Part shown: in pieces, positions 52,468 through 62,058 of the stretch
Position numbering within the stretch: the first letter of the stretch is position 1
How the letters are laid out: the number at the start of each line of letters is the position of its first letter
Source: an uncultured delta proteobacterium
GTDB lineage: Bacteria; Desulfobacterota; Binatia; UBA9968
Length of the DNA: 64,000 nt
NCBI GenBank assembly: GCA_963840855.1
Contig: CAWJBB010000058.1
Coordinates: 1 to 64,000, forward strand
Direction of reading: 5' to 3'
The notes under the pieces: model-generated
Databases searched by the model: none
What the model was told of the DNA's origin: nothing
The model's input: the letters and a program-made list of their open reading frames with translations, nothing else
Program-made: the position numbers and the translations under genes

Positions 52468-52586
52468 TCCTCCCTTTGCGATGTTTGAAACAGGGCATCT
52501 ATCAGACATCGCATGGCATACCGCCATGGAGTTCTCCTGTCAAGGCGATTTTTGCGCACCCGATTTTTTCGGGGCCGTAAAAATCG

Positions 52587-52685
52587 GTTCAACGTTCCAG
52601 GTTCAATGTTCAAAGTGAAAAGAGTTGGATCAAAAGAGTTCGGCGTGGAGACGAAACGTTGAACTTTGAACATTGAACTTTGAAC
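52587..52685. repeat. GTTCAA heptamer inverted-repeat element
   Basis: (GTTCAAN)x4...(TTGAACN)x4 between divergent genes. Confidence 0.8.
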
Positions 52686-52744
52686 GGGTCATCTGCATAA
52701 GTAGACGCCGCCGCGGCTCGCGTGATAAACGTGTTTGAATATCC

Positions 52745-54091
52745 TTGGGATTTGCGCACACTCCGGAGACCACTCTGATTTCACCGATAAGCGGCAAAGA
52801 AGAACCGCGGACGCAGGCGCGCGACGCAGCTGACGCGACGCCGTCAAACAGAAGTCCCTTCAGCGCGCTACTGCGCCTGCCAGCGTTACAGGCAATGAAC
52901 CACCGTGACTTCCGTCTGCTGTGGTTCGGCCATGTGTTTTCGTCGATGGCGTTCTGGATGGATCAAGTCACCCGCGGTTGGCTGATTTACGAATTGACCG
53001 ATTCCACCGTCCAGTTGGGTCTCGTGCGCGGCGTGCAGGCTCTCCCTATCCTCTTGTTATCGCCCATCGCGGGCAGCACCGCCGACCGCTATTCACGCAA
53101 GATGCAAATACTGGTTGCGCAGATTATCGACGGCGCGATGCTCGCCGCCCTCGCGCTGCTGATCCTTGCTGGATTGATTCAACCTTGGCATGTCTACGCC
53201 ACCGCGTTCGGCATGGCGGTGGTGCAGACGTTTCAGCAACCGGCGCGCGCGGCAATCATCGCCGACGTCGTCCCATCCAACAATCTCACCAACGCCATCG
53301 GTCTCAACTCCATCATCTTCAACGTCGCGCGTAGCACCGGTCCCGCGCTGGCGGGCGTGCTCATCGCCACCTGGGGCACAGGCGGCACTTACGGTATCCA
53401 GGCGATATTTTTTTTATTGGCGACATACTGGACTCTGCGTTTGCACCAAACCGAGCGACACGCTGCTTCCTCTCACCGCCACGCGGGTGTTTCCTTCGGC
53501 CGAAGTATCATCGAAGGTTGGAAGTTCAGTTGGCGCAATGAAACCGTTCGCGCCGCTTTGCTAATCACCATGCTTGCGTCCCTGTTCATCGTCCCGTTCA
53601 CGACGTTGTTGCCGGTGTTCGCGCGCGACATTCTCGCGGTGGGCGCCAGCGGCCAGGGACTGTTGCTTACGGCGATGGGTGTGGGCGCCCTCGGCAGCGC
53701 CGTCATCATCGCCTCCTTCGGCGACCGGATGCCGAGGGGAATTTTCATGCTCGGCGGCGTGACATTGTACGGTATCGGCGTCGTGGTTTTCGCGGCCTCT
53801 CCCTGGTTTAACCTTTCGATGGCGTTGATGGTGATCGTCGGTTTCGCCAACGTCTGCTCTCATGCGCTGGTGCAAACGGTTTTACAGACTTATGCGCCGC
53901 CGGAATTTCGTGGCCGCACCATCGCGCTGTTTCACATGGGACAGGTGGTAATGACGGTGGGAAGCATGCTCATTGGGGCTCTGGCTGCCCTGTGGGGAAC
54001 CCAATGGGCCGTTGCGTCCATGGGAGCCGCCGGCGCCCTGGCCATGCTGGGTATTCAGATCATATTACCGAGGACGCGGCATATCCGGTAA
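52745..54091 (+). CDS. MFS transporter (MFS_3/EntS-like)
   Basis: HRDFRLLW, GWLIYELT.S, QPAR, NAIGLNS..FN.AR..GPAL; start uncertain. Confidence 0.9.
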   Translation: MGFAHTPETTLISPISGKEEPRTQARDAADATPSNRSPFSALLRLPALQAMNHRDFRLLWFGHVFSSMAFWMDQVTRGWLIYELTDSTVQLGLVRGVQALPILLLSPIAGSTADRYSRKMQILVAQIIDGAMLAALALLILAGLIQPWHVYATAFGMAVVQTFQQPARAAIIADVVPSNNLTNAIGLNSIIFNVARSTGPALAGVLIATWGTGGTYGIQAIFFLLATYWTLRLHQTERHAASSHRHAGVSFGRSIIEGWKFSWRNETVRAALLITMLASLFIVPFTTLLPVFARDILAVGASGQGLLLTAMGVGALGSAVIIASFGDRMPRGIFMLGGVTLYGIGVVVFAASPWFNLSMALMVIVGFANVCSHALVQTVLQTYAPPEFRGRTIALFHMGQVVMTVGSMLIGALAALWGTQWAVASMGAAGALAMLGIQIILPRTRHIR

Positions 54092-54125
54092 AGAACCATG
54101 GCTAGAAAAACCTTGATAATCAATG

Positions 54126-54257
54126 CTAGTGTCCTGGACTAAGATGCGCAAATTGAGTGAGCCCCCCTCCCCAACGTCATATCCGCGAAAGCGGGCTTGT
54201 AAGGGCGGGTTTCAAACCCGCCCTTACCCTGGATTCCTAACGAGCTTCACAGACACC
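54126..54257. mobile_element. Second copy of the composite MITE-like element
   Basis: CTAGTGTCCTGGACTAAG..CAACGTCAT..CCGCGAAAGCGGGCTTGTA.GGGCGGGTTTCAAACCCGCCCTTA..CTGGATTCC. Confidence 0.65.
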
Positions 54258-54297
54258 GCACCGGGAGAACACTTATGAATTCTAATCAGGAGTGAAA

Positions 54298-55773
54298 ATG
54301 GCCAAAAATCCCGAAATTGACGTCCTCGTGATCGGTGGCGGAACGGCTGCATTTGAGGCGGCCGTAGCGGCGCGCCAAGCCGGAGCCGAACGGGTTCTAT
54401 TGTTGGAAAAAGCGCCTGAGGGCGAGTTTGGCGGCAATGCGCGTTTTTCCCACACCGGCTTTCGCTTCGTTCATGGCGGCGCGCGCGAGATGCGCGAATT
54501 CTTGCCGCAACTCGACGAGCCGACTTTCCGAGCTTTGAATCCCCATCCTTACACGACTGAAGATTTCATGGCCGATCTCGCGCGTGTCACCCAGGGACGT
54601 ATCAATAAAGAATTAGCCCTTACCCTGGCCAGCAATTCGAACCAGGCCTTGCACTGGATGTTAAACTTAGGAATAAAGTTCGAGCTGGACGCGCAGAGCT
54701 ATGCGGTGATCGACGGCCGCTATTTCTTCGAGCCGGGCCGTGGTCTGCAAACCACCGGCGGCGGACTCGGCCAACTCATGCAGTGGCGCGACCTGGCGCA
54801 ACGAATGGGAATTGAAATTCGCTACGATGCCAAAGTTTCCGCCTTGCACGGCAGCCAACAGCGCATCGAGAGCGTTAGCGTTACCGGTCCGCAGGTGGAA
54901 TACGAGGTGCCGGCGAAGGCCGTCATTCTCTGCGCGGGCGGTTTCCAGGCAAGCACGGAGATGCGGGCTCGCTATCTTGGACCGAATGCGGATCTCATGA
55001 AGGTGCGCGGTAGCAAGCATGATACCGGCGAAGTTTTGCAAATGGCGTTGGCGCTCGGCGCAAAATCCGCCGGGCACTGGCAAGGAGCCCATGCGACCCC
55101 CGTCGACACAACTTTCCCCGACGTCGAGGTGAGCAACAACGCCAACCGTTATAGTTATATGTTTGGCATCACGGTAAACACCCTCGGCACACGCTTCTTC
55201 GACGAAGGGGAAGCGGAGCACTCTTACACTTACGCGAAAACGGGTTGGGCGGTATTAGGACAACCGGGGGGAGTCGCCTACCAGATCTTCGATCAGAAAG
55301 GTCTGCCGCTCCTGATCGCGAACCGTTACGTGCATGCGACGCCCACGGAAGCTCCGACCATCGCCGAGCTGGCGCGCAAGCTCGGGCTGGAACCGGCCGT
55401 CCTGCAACATACCGTCGAAGAGTTTAATAACGCGGTTCCAGATAGTCCGCCGCTCGATCCCACTAAACGGGACGGCAGGGCGACCGTCGGAGTGCAGCCA
55501 AAGAAATCCAACTGGGCGATGAAAATCGATCAACCGCCCTTTTGCGCCTACCCCGTAACCTGTGGCATTACGTTTACTTTCGGCGGGGTCGAGATAAACA
55601 CTCACGGGCAGGTGGTCAACACCGGCGGGCAACCGATTCGCGGGCTGTTTGCTTCAGGCGATATCATGGGTCTCTTTTATCACAACTATCCTTCGTGCAG
55701 CGGGCAAACCCGCAATTTAGTTTTCGGCATGATCGCGGGGAAAAGTGCCGCGAATTCACTGCATGGTTGGTAA
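54298..55773 (+). CDS. FAD-dependent oxidoreductase, TcuA (tricarballylate dehydrogenase)-like
   Basis: VIGGG, GGNARFS, GGFQAS, VRGS..DTG, RFFDEG, YTYAK.G, GITFTFGG, GLFYHNYP..SG. Confidence 0.8.
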   Translation: MAKNPEIDVLVIGGGTAAFEAAVAARQAGAERVLLLEKAPEGEFGGNARFSHTGFRFVHGGAREMREFLPQLDEPTFRALNPHPYTTEDFMADLARVTQGRINKELALTLASNSNQALHWMLNLGIKFELDAQSYAVIDGRYFFEPGRGLQTTGGGLGQLMQWRDLAQRMGIEIRYDAKVSALHGSQQRIESVSVTGPQVEYEVPAKAVILCAGGFQASTEMRARYLGPNADLMKVRGSKHDTGEVLQMALALGAKSAGHWQGAHATPVDTTFPDVEVSNNANRYSYMFGITVNTLGTRFFDEGEAEHSYTYAKTGWAVLGQPGGVAYQIFDQKGLPLLIANRYVHATPTEAPTIAELARKLGLEPAVLQHTVEEFNNAVPDSPPLDPTKRDGRATVGVQPKKSNWAMKIDQPPFCAYPVTCGITFTFGGVEINTHGQVVNTGGQPIRGLFASGDIMGLFYHNYPSCSGQTRNLVFGMIAGKSAANSLHGW

Positions 55774-55890
55774 CCGCCTTTGGCGTGACGAGGAGGAAGT
55801 AACCATGCCTTACGATGCCGAGCCGGGATGTCGAACAACGTGAGACCGGGCAATCACCTCCCTGCCATAAATACAGCGCGGGAGACGACG

Positions 55891-56961
55891 ATGCATTCAA
55901 ATCGACACTTGCGAAGATGCTTCAAGATTGTTGCGCTCGCCGTTGCGCTAGACTTCGCGCCGTTTACCGGCCTGCTCCATGCCCAGACGCCTTTTTATCA
56001 AGGCAAGACGCTGACCGTCATCAACGGCAACGAACCGGGCGGCACCGCGGATCAACGCATGCGCGCCGTGCTGCCGTTTTTTAAGAAACACATTCCCGGC
56101 TCACCGACGGTGGTCGCCGAGTACATGCCCGGCGGGGGCGGTCGCAAGGTCGCCAATCACATCTACGGCGCGGCTCGCCCGGATGGTCTTACCATGGCTT
56201 TCCCTCCGGGTAGCTTCATAACTTACGCGGTGTTCAAAGAGACCGGCGTCAACTACGACATTAATAAACTGATTTTCGTCGGCTCTCCCGAAAGCGCCAC
56301 TCAATATGTGTTCTTAACGCGCAAAGAAGCAGGTTTAAACAGCCTCGATAAGCTCAAAGCCGCAACGGGTATAAGAATTGGCGCGCAGTCAGTGGGGCAT
56401 ACGATATACATCGTCGGCCGGCTGTTTGCCCATGTGCTCCGTCTCAAAGAACCGAAGTTCATTACGGGCTACTCCGGTCCGGAACTCGATATCGTCCTGA
56501 CCCGAGGCGAGATCGACGCGCGGCCGAATATTCCCGACACTATTCTGCAACGCAGCCCGGAGTTCATAAAAAAAGGCACCGTGGATTTTCACGCAATGCT
56601 GGAAATACCCAGGGGCGATAAACATCCGCAGTTCAAGCACCTGCCTGAGATATCCGATCTCGCAAGCACCGATCTGGACCGCAAGGCCATCACTCTCTTC
56701 CGCTCGCTGCGTTTGGTCGGTTCACCGTTTATTTTGCCTCCCGCAACACCGAAAGACCGCGCGGAAATCTTGCGCGAGGCATTTCGCAAGATCGCAGCCG
56801 ACTCCGAATTCCAAAAGGAATTCAAGAAACTTGTGGGGGACGATCCGACCCCGCTGTCAGCGGAGGGCATGGAAAACGCGCTCCGCGAGCTGCCGCTGGA
56901 GGACTCGGTGATCGACTTCTTCAAACAAATCTCCGGTTCAGGCCCTCTTCCGCGGAGTTAG
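55891..56961 (+). CDS. TctC/Bug-like binding protein (6)
   Basis: FYQGKTLTVING, HIPGSPTVV, RPDGLT, RGEIDAR; ends SGPLPRS. Confidence 0.88.
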   Translation: MHSNRHLRRCFKIVALAVALDFAPFTGLLHAQTPFYQGKTLTVINGNEPGGTADQRMRAVLPFFKKHIPGSPTVVAEYMPGGGGRKVANHIYGAARPDGLTMAFPPGSFITYAVFKETGVNYDINKLIFVGSPESATQYVFLTRKEAGLNSLDKLKAATGIRIGAQSVGHTIYIVGRLFAHVLRLKEPKFITGYSGPELDIVLTRGEIDARPNIPDTILQRSPEFIKKGTVDFHAMLEIPRGDKHPQFKHLPEISDLASTDLDRKAITLFRSLRLVGSPFILPPATPKDRAEILREAFRKIAADSEFQKEFKKLVGDDPTPLSAEGMENALRELPLEDSVIDFFKQISGSGPLPRS

Positions 56962-57020
56962 CCGCAGCAAGGACTTTGGGACGTCGCGACGCTCACCCTA
57001 ACGCTGGGTACAGCCTTGCA

Positions 57021-57056
57021 TTGACTCAGATTCTGGTATGAAGTATTGTCATACCA
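57021..57056 (+). promoter_or_regulatory. TA promoter with operator palindrome
   Basis: TTGACT at 57021; TGGTATGA-N7-TCATACCA overlapping the -10 region; GAGGT RBS follows. Confidence 0.65.
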
Positions 57057-57067
57057 TGAGGTGAGGT

Positions 57068-57310
57068 ATGGCGCGATCCAAAGTTGCAATTTCCTTAGAT
57101 GAATCCACCCTGAACCGGCTCGATCAGCTGGTTAAGAAGCACGTCTTTCCCAACCGTAGCCAGGCCATCGAGGAAGCCGTTGCGGAGAAACTCGCGCGGC
57201 TCGAGAAAAGTCGGCTAGCTCAAGAGTGCGCCAAACTTGATCCCACCTTCGAAAAAGCGCTTGCGGAAGAAGGGCTATCCGAGGACCTGGCGGAATGGCC
57301 CAAATACTGA
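57068..57310 (+). CDS. Ribbon-helix-helix (CopG/MazE-like) antitoxin
   Basis: KVAISLD..L..LD..V...NRSQAI; C-terminal WPKY; overlaps the toxin. Confidence 0.88.
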   Translation: MARSKVAISLDESTLNRLDQLVKKHVFPNRSQAIEEAVAEKLARLEKSRLAQECAKLDPTFEKALAEEGLSEDLAEWPKY

Positions 57311-57633
57311 GGGGTGAGATCCGCTGGGCCGACTTGAATCCGGTACGAGGGCGAGAACAAGCAGGACAGCGGCCAGTTTTGATTCTGAGCCAGGACGTTT
57401 TCAACGAACGCTCCGGAACGGTGATTGCCGTTGCTCTCACGAGTCAACCTCAACGCGCCGGCTTTCCTTTAACACTTGAACTTCATGCAAGAGGACTCCC
57501 GAAGAAATCCTGGGTGAAAATCAGCCAGGTCCGAACCCTTGCGGTCGAAAGGATTGGGAAGGTGATTGCCAGAGCGTCGCCAGAGGAGTTGGCTCAGGTC
57601 GTTGAAGGATTGAACGAGATCATCGGAAACTAA
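57295..57633 (+). CDS. mazF: PemK/MazF-family endoribonuclease toxin
   Basis: RGEI.WADL.P..G.EQ...RPVLILS...FN, ALTS, SQVRTL. Confidence 0.92.
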   Translation: MAQILRGEIRWADLNPVRGREQAGQRPVLILSQDVFNERSGTVIAVALTSQPQRAGFPLTLELHARGLPKKSWVKISQVRTLAVERIGKVIARASPEELAQVVEGLNEIIGN

Positions 57634-57705
57634 CCATTCCCGCTGACGTTTTTTTTCGAGCAGAAGAAGAGATCAAAAAGAGCCTTTCCCCCTCTCACGG
57701 AGAAT

Positions 57706-57762
57706 TCGGTGATCGACTTTTTCAAGCAAATCTCCGGCTCCGGCCCTCTTCCGCGAAGCTAG
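57706..57762 (+). repeat. Direct repeat of the last 57 nt of the tctC at 56905-56961
   Basis: 51/57 identical; both encode SVIDFFKQISGSGPLPRS-stop. Confidence 0.9.
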
Positions 57763-57888
57763 CGCTAGCCAAGCCTTCGCGGCAGACCGCTGCAAGCGCC
57801 ACAATAATCTATCCCTAGAATCGGGGCAGGAAAGGGCGGCGCATTCCGTTGTTGCGCCAACCTTAATCTGTGCAGGATATATTGATGC

Positions 57889-58029
57889 TATACTGACCAA
57901 GGATATTGGTTATACCTGCGAGAAAGAATAATTGACAACTTATTGATTGAAGCAGTAAATTTCATTGCGGTGATTTCGGTGAATCCAATATCGCTGGTCA
58001 GTATACTCAATGGTTATCAATGGTTATAT
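57889..58029 (+). promoter_or_regulatory. Array leader: sigma70-like promoter inside an inverted repeat, then an attI-like crossover GTTATAT
   Basis: TTGACA 57932, TAAATT 57956; IR 57889-57909/57985-58005 (19/21); TCAATGGTTA tandem; GTTATAT at 58023 complements the first attC R'' ATATAAC. Confidence 0.55.
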
Positions 58030-58067
58030 ACTGCGTGATAGCCGCTTTCTTCGGTAATTGGTGACGG

Positions 58068-58769
58068 GTGGACTACAAGGAACTGATCATAGACATTGAA
58101 AAGACTCCGGTCGACGGGGAGGGTATCGCTAAGAATATCAGTAGGCTCTTGAAACATGAGAAGTATTTGGAGGAGAGAAAAGACATCAACGATCCATTCG
58201 CGAAAGGTTTGCTCGACACAGCTCCGTCCTTCATTCGGAAGCAGATCGAGAGACTAAAACTGCACCTCGGCGATGATGTGGACATTATTTCCTGGATATC
58301 TCGCAACTTGATGGAACTTTTCTTCACTCTCCGATACATGTACAGCTCTCAGGAACGATATGATGAGGTTATTGGTGAACAACTCAAAGACCTAAAGGAG
58401 ATAGAAAATCTTCTCTACCCCGGTAGTTCACCCGAACACGACGCGCCAGGAGGGGTGAAAGCCTTCCATTCAGACATGCAAAAGCTCTGGGAGGGAATAG
58501 AGAAGTACGGAGTAAAGCGAAATGATTTGAAAAGACCAAACACCGTTAGACACTATGCCGAAGGGGCAAAACTTATGCACGACTATGCCCTGTTTTGGCG
58601 CATTCACTCGAAGTACGTGCACCCAACCTCTTACTTGTTGTTTGGTCGAAGGAACGTTGTCTGTGGTGACGATCCCCGACGCTTCTTTTTATCAACGTCC
58701 CAATACTATGCAGCTCGAAATCTACGGGATCTTCACAAAATGATTGAGGCTGCGCCTAATGGCGAGTGA
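58068..58769 (+). CDS. Cassette 1: DUF5677/HEPN-like protein
   Basis: Helical protein with RNLME and Y...RIHSKYVHP motifs; low GC. Confidence 0.55.
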   Translation: MDYKELIIDIEKTPVDGEGIAKNISRLLKHEKYLEERKDINDPFAKGLLDTAPSFIRKQIERLKLHLGDDVDIISWISRNLMELFFTLRYMYSSQERYDEVIGEQLKDLKEIENLLYPGSSPEHDAPGGVKAFHSDMQKLWEGIEKYGVKRNDLKRPNTVRHYAEGAKLMHDYALFWRIHSKYVHPTSYLLFGRRNVVCGDDPRRFFLSTSQYYAARNLRDLHKMIEAAPNGE

Positions 58770-58772
58770 GAC

Positions 58773-58852
58773 ATATAACCATCGGCTTGAAACGGATCTC
58801 GGACCCGCTCGCTTAGCTCGCTGGCCTCGTCCGTTCAGCCTTCGCGTTGGGC
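58773..58852 (+). other. attC site 1
   Basis: ATATAAC...GGCTTGAAACGGA...TCCGTTCAGCC...GTTGGGC. Confidence 0.85.
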
Positions 58853-58904
58853 GTTACATGAACGTTCCGCAATGTGACGGTCAGGAGACAGTAAAGAGGG
58901 ATGA

Positions 58905-60595
58905 GTGCCATCACTAGAGGAAATCCGCATCGACCTCGAAGGGATTGCGCATGTTCTTGCCGATAACCGGCTGAAAGTTCCGGTCTTTCAGCGATCCTAC
59001 GCGTGGGAAAAGTCTCACGTGACCGATCTCCTCCAAGACATCACTAGCGCTCTGCGGGCTGGGGCACAGGAGTACTTTCTTGGATCGATCGTTGTCTCCA
59101 CTGAGCACTCCGGAGTGCTGGAGGTCGTCGACGGACAGCAGCGTCTTGCCACCGTCACTATCATCCTTGCGCAGATACGAGACTATTTCCTAAGCCAAGG
59201 TGAGGAGGAGCGTGCCGCAACTCTCGAGCGTGACTATCTCCTCAAGCGCGATCTGACACAAGAGCCGGCGCCGAAGTTGACCTTGAATGAGATCGATAAC
59301 GGATTCTTCCAAAAGTCCATCCTCTCTCGTCCCGGCACAACGGACCGCGGAGTGCTCCCTACACGCACTTCACACAAACTGCTTAGTGACGCTTCCACAA
59401 CGGCGGCCAAGCATATCGCGTCGGTCGTCGCCACAACCAAGACACCGATCGACCTATTGCTCGACTATGTGGAGTACCTGGGAGAGAAGGCGAAAGTTAT
59501 CCTTGTTCGAGTCCCCGATCACGCAAACGCATTCACCATCTTCGAGACCCTGAATGATCGTGGTCTCGAGCTAGCCATATCTGATCTTCTCAAAAATTAT
59601 CTGTTCTATCGGGCAGAGAACCGGTTGCCCGAAGCTCAGGCTTCCTGGACGGCCATGTTGGGAGGCCTCTCCGCGGTTGTCGGAAATGACGCATCGGTGG
59701 TCGACTATGTCCGTCACTACTGGTCTTCTCACAATGGCGCGACGCGCGAGAGGGATCTCTACGCAGCGATCAGAAAGCGCGTATCGAGCAAGCAGGCCGC
59801 CGTTGATCTAGTAGCCCACGGCCTTGAAAATGGCGGCAGGCTATACGCCGCTATCCTGAGCCCCTCGCACGAGCTCTGGAGTGAGTACGGCGCAAGTGCC
59901 CGACAGCACATAGAGACAATCAACCTTCTCCGGATGGTGCAAGTGAGACCTCTTCTACTTGCGATCCTTGAGAAGTTCAGTCTGGCGGAGGCACGGAAGG
60001 CTCTTCGCGCCACGGTCGCATGGGGCGTAAGGTTCCTAGTGCACGGTGGCCTCGGGGGCGGGGTGCTTGAAGACAACTATTGTGAGCGTGCCAAGAGCAT
60101 CCATTCAGGAAAGATTACCACAGCCGCGCAACTCCTTAAGGCAATGGCTGCCGTCGTGCCCGCAGATAGAGCATTCGAAGAGGCCTTCGCCTCGGCCTCG
60201 GTAGCCCAAGCCTATCTAGCGCGATACTTCTAAGGGCATTGGAAAAACAGTCGCGAGGAGAGCAAGAACCAGAGCTAGTTCCGAACCCGAACGAAGAAGA
60301 GGTCAACCTTGAACACGTGTTGCCTCTCAAGCCGGAAAAGGCCTGGCCGGAGTTTGACGACGAAACGGCGCGGGCGTATCAGCGACGGCTTGGCAATATG
60401 GTTCTCCTGCAACAGAAGCTCAACGCGTCACTCAAGAGTGCTCCCTTCTCAAGGAAGCGTCCGATGCTCACCTCATCGCAGTTCTCACTTACCGCGGGCG
60501 TTGGCAAAGCGGCGAAATGGGATCCTGCTGCCATCGAAGAACGGCAACGAAAGCTCGCGCAACTTGCCGTCAAGACGTGGAAGATCAAAGGTTGA
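58905..60595 (+). CDS. Cassette 2: GmrSD-family DUF262-DUF1524 modification-dependent restriction endonuclease (frameshift near 60230)
   Basis: FQRSYAW, DGQQRL, FETLNDRG; EHVLP...LGNMVLL...N HNH-like; one added C at TTC/TAA restores the frame. Confidence 0.9.
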
Positions 60596-60605
60596 TGACA
60601 GTGCC

Positions 60606-60686
60606 GCCCAACAAAGCAATGAACCTGACCGGCCAACAGCGGCGCTTCGCTTGCCGTTGGCCGCCAGGTTATCGCCAGCGTTATGT
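60606..60686 (+). other. attC site 2
   Basis: GCCCAAC...AACCTGACCGGCCAAC...GTTGGCCGCCAGGTT...GTTATGT. Confidence 0.9.
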
Positions 60687-60875
60687 GACGAAGGACTATG
60701 CAGAGGATCAATCGGCGTAATCTTCTCCATGCTGGTATTGCCTTTATTGCAATGCCGTGGACAGCCATCCTACACATTGGTTGTTCGCCAAATCACGATA
60801 GTCTGGGCGGAAAGCCCGAATGAATTGTCTGGCGACCAATTGGTTGAGGACACGAACACTGAGAAAGGGAATACA

Positions 60876-61220
60876 ATGCAAATTCATTACCTCGAAATAG
60901 TGACACCGGATGTTGACGCGTCTGTTGCGCTATACTCCAAGATTCATGGCATTTCTTTCGGCGCCGCCGATGAGAGTCTAGGGGGCGCACGCACTGCCAA
61001 ACTGGCGAACGGCGGAACGCTGGGGATTCGAGCTCCGCTGCGACATACCGAGACCCAGGTGGTGCGTCCTTACTTCCTTGTCCATGATATTGAGGCAGCC
61101 GTCGCCGCTGCAGGCCAATCCGGCGCAAAAATCGCAATGCAGCCAACTGAGATCCCAGGACGCGGTAAATTCGCCATTTTGATTCAAGGAGGCATTGAAT
61201 CTGGATTGTGGCAGGTCTAA
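60876..61220 (+). CDS. Cassette 3: VOC/glyoxalase family protein
   Basis: MQIHYLEIVTPDV, RPYFLVHDI, EIPGRGKFAI...GLWQ. Confidence 0.85.
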   Translation: MQIHYLEIVTPDVDASVALYSKIHGISFGAADESLGGARTAKLANGGTLGIRAPLRHTETQVVRPYFLVHDIEAAVAAAGQSGAKIAMQPTEIPGRGKFAILIQGGIESGLWQV

Positions 61221-61236
61221 TTGTGGCCGTTTCGTC

Positions 61237-61363
61237 ACATAACAAGAGCGCTGCAGCGAACCGCCACCCCGCTTTGCAGTCGGACGGTTCGGATAATTTG
61301 TCAGCGACTGTTGCAGCCGACCAGGCGTTTCCGGCGGCGGTCGCTGAGCTTGGTCGGTTATGT
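61237..61363 (+). other. attC site 3
   Basis: ACATAAC..GCTGCAGCGAACCGCC...GGCGGTCGCTGAGC..GTTATGT. Confidence 0.9.
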
Positions 61364-61384
61364 GGCCTTTGATCTGGATAAGCA

Positions 61385-61654
61385 ATGCCAGAGATTTCTA
61401 GGTTCTTCGGAATTATCATTCGTATGTTCGTCGAGGCCGGAGGACAGCATCATATGCCGCACTTTCACGCGTACTATCAGGACGATGTGGGAATCTACGA
61501 TATCGGCAAGATCGAGCGTTTGGCTGGTTCTCTTCCGCGCCGCCAGGAGCGCCTTGTTCTTGCCTGGACAGAGCTTCATCAAGAAGAATTATTGTCTAAT
61601 TGGCAGACGTTGCAACAGGGCCGTCCGCCCATTAAGATTGAACCGTTAAAGTGA
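61385..61654 (+). CDS. Cassette 4a: DUF4160 toxin
   Basis: MPEISRFFGIII.M...H..PHFH...W..LH..EL..NW...KIEPL. Confidence 0.9.
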   Translation: MPEISRFFGIIIRMFVEAGGQHHMPHFHAYYQDDVGIYDIGKIERLAGSLPRRQERLVLAWTELHQEELLSNWQTLQQGRPPIKIEPLK

Positions 61655-61666
61655 GAGGAGCCACCT

Positions 61667-61984
61667 ATGGCACATGAGATTTATCGGGTTTCGTCATTTC
61701 AGAAAGTAGCACCGTTCACGCTGCGCGTACAATTTGACGATGGAACGTCTCAAATCATCGATTTCCGTCCTGTTCTAAAGGGGGAACTGTACGGCCCTCT
61801 GCAAGAGCCCACACTTTTTGATCAGGTCCGCATCGATCCTGAGGTTCACACGCTCGTTTGGCCAAACGGCGCAGATTTTGACCCAGCAATTCTTCATAAC
61901 TGGTCCGAGTCAGGACCTGCACTCAAAGCTCTAGCGGAGCAATGGGTCTCTGCAAAGGGCAGCCTGACCGGGTCCGCCACATAA
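61667..61984 (+). CDS. Cassette 4b: DUF2442 antitoxin
   Basis: L.VQFDDG...DF...F..V...TLVWPNGADFDP; stop codon lies within the attC R''. Confidence 0.9.
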   Translation: MAHEIYRVSSFQKVAPFTLRVQFDDGTSQIIDFRPVLKGELYGPLQEPTLFDQVRIDPEVHTLVWPNGADFDPAILHNWSESGPALKALAEQWVSAKGSLTGSAT

Positions 61985-62031
61985 CCTCGCCGCTTAAGCT
62001 GCCGGTACAGCTCAGCGGCATCTCGTTAGGC
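61979..62031 (+). other. attC site 4 (short, 53 bp)
   Basis: ACATAAC..GCCGCTTAAGCTG..CAGCTCAGCGGC..GTTAGGC. Confidence 0.8.
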
Positions 62032-62058
62032 ATGACTAAGGTCAACGCATAGGAGAGA

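Noticed and set aside
57855-58029. Leader region as a long attC
   Set aside because: About 175 bp, and the putative L boxes are not complementary.
60309-60875. N-terminal extension of the 303-aa ORF 60309..61220
   Set aside because: It overlaps GmrSD and crosses attC 2; the VOC domain starts at the ATG at 60876.
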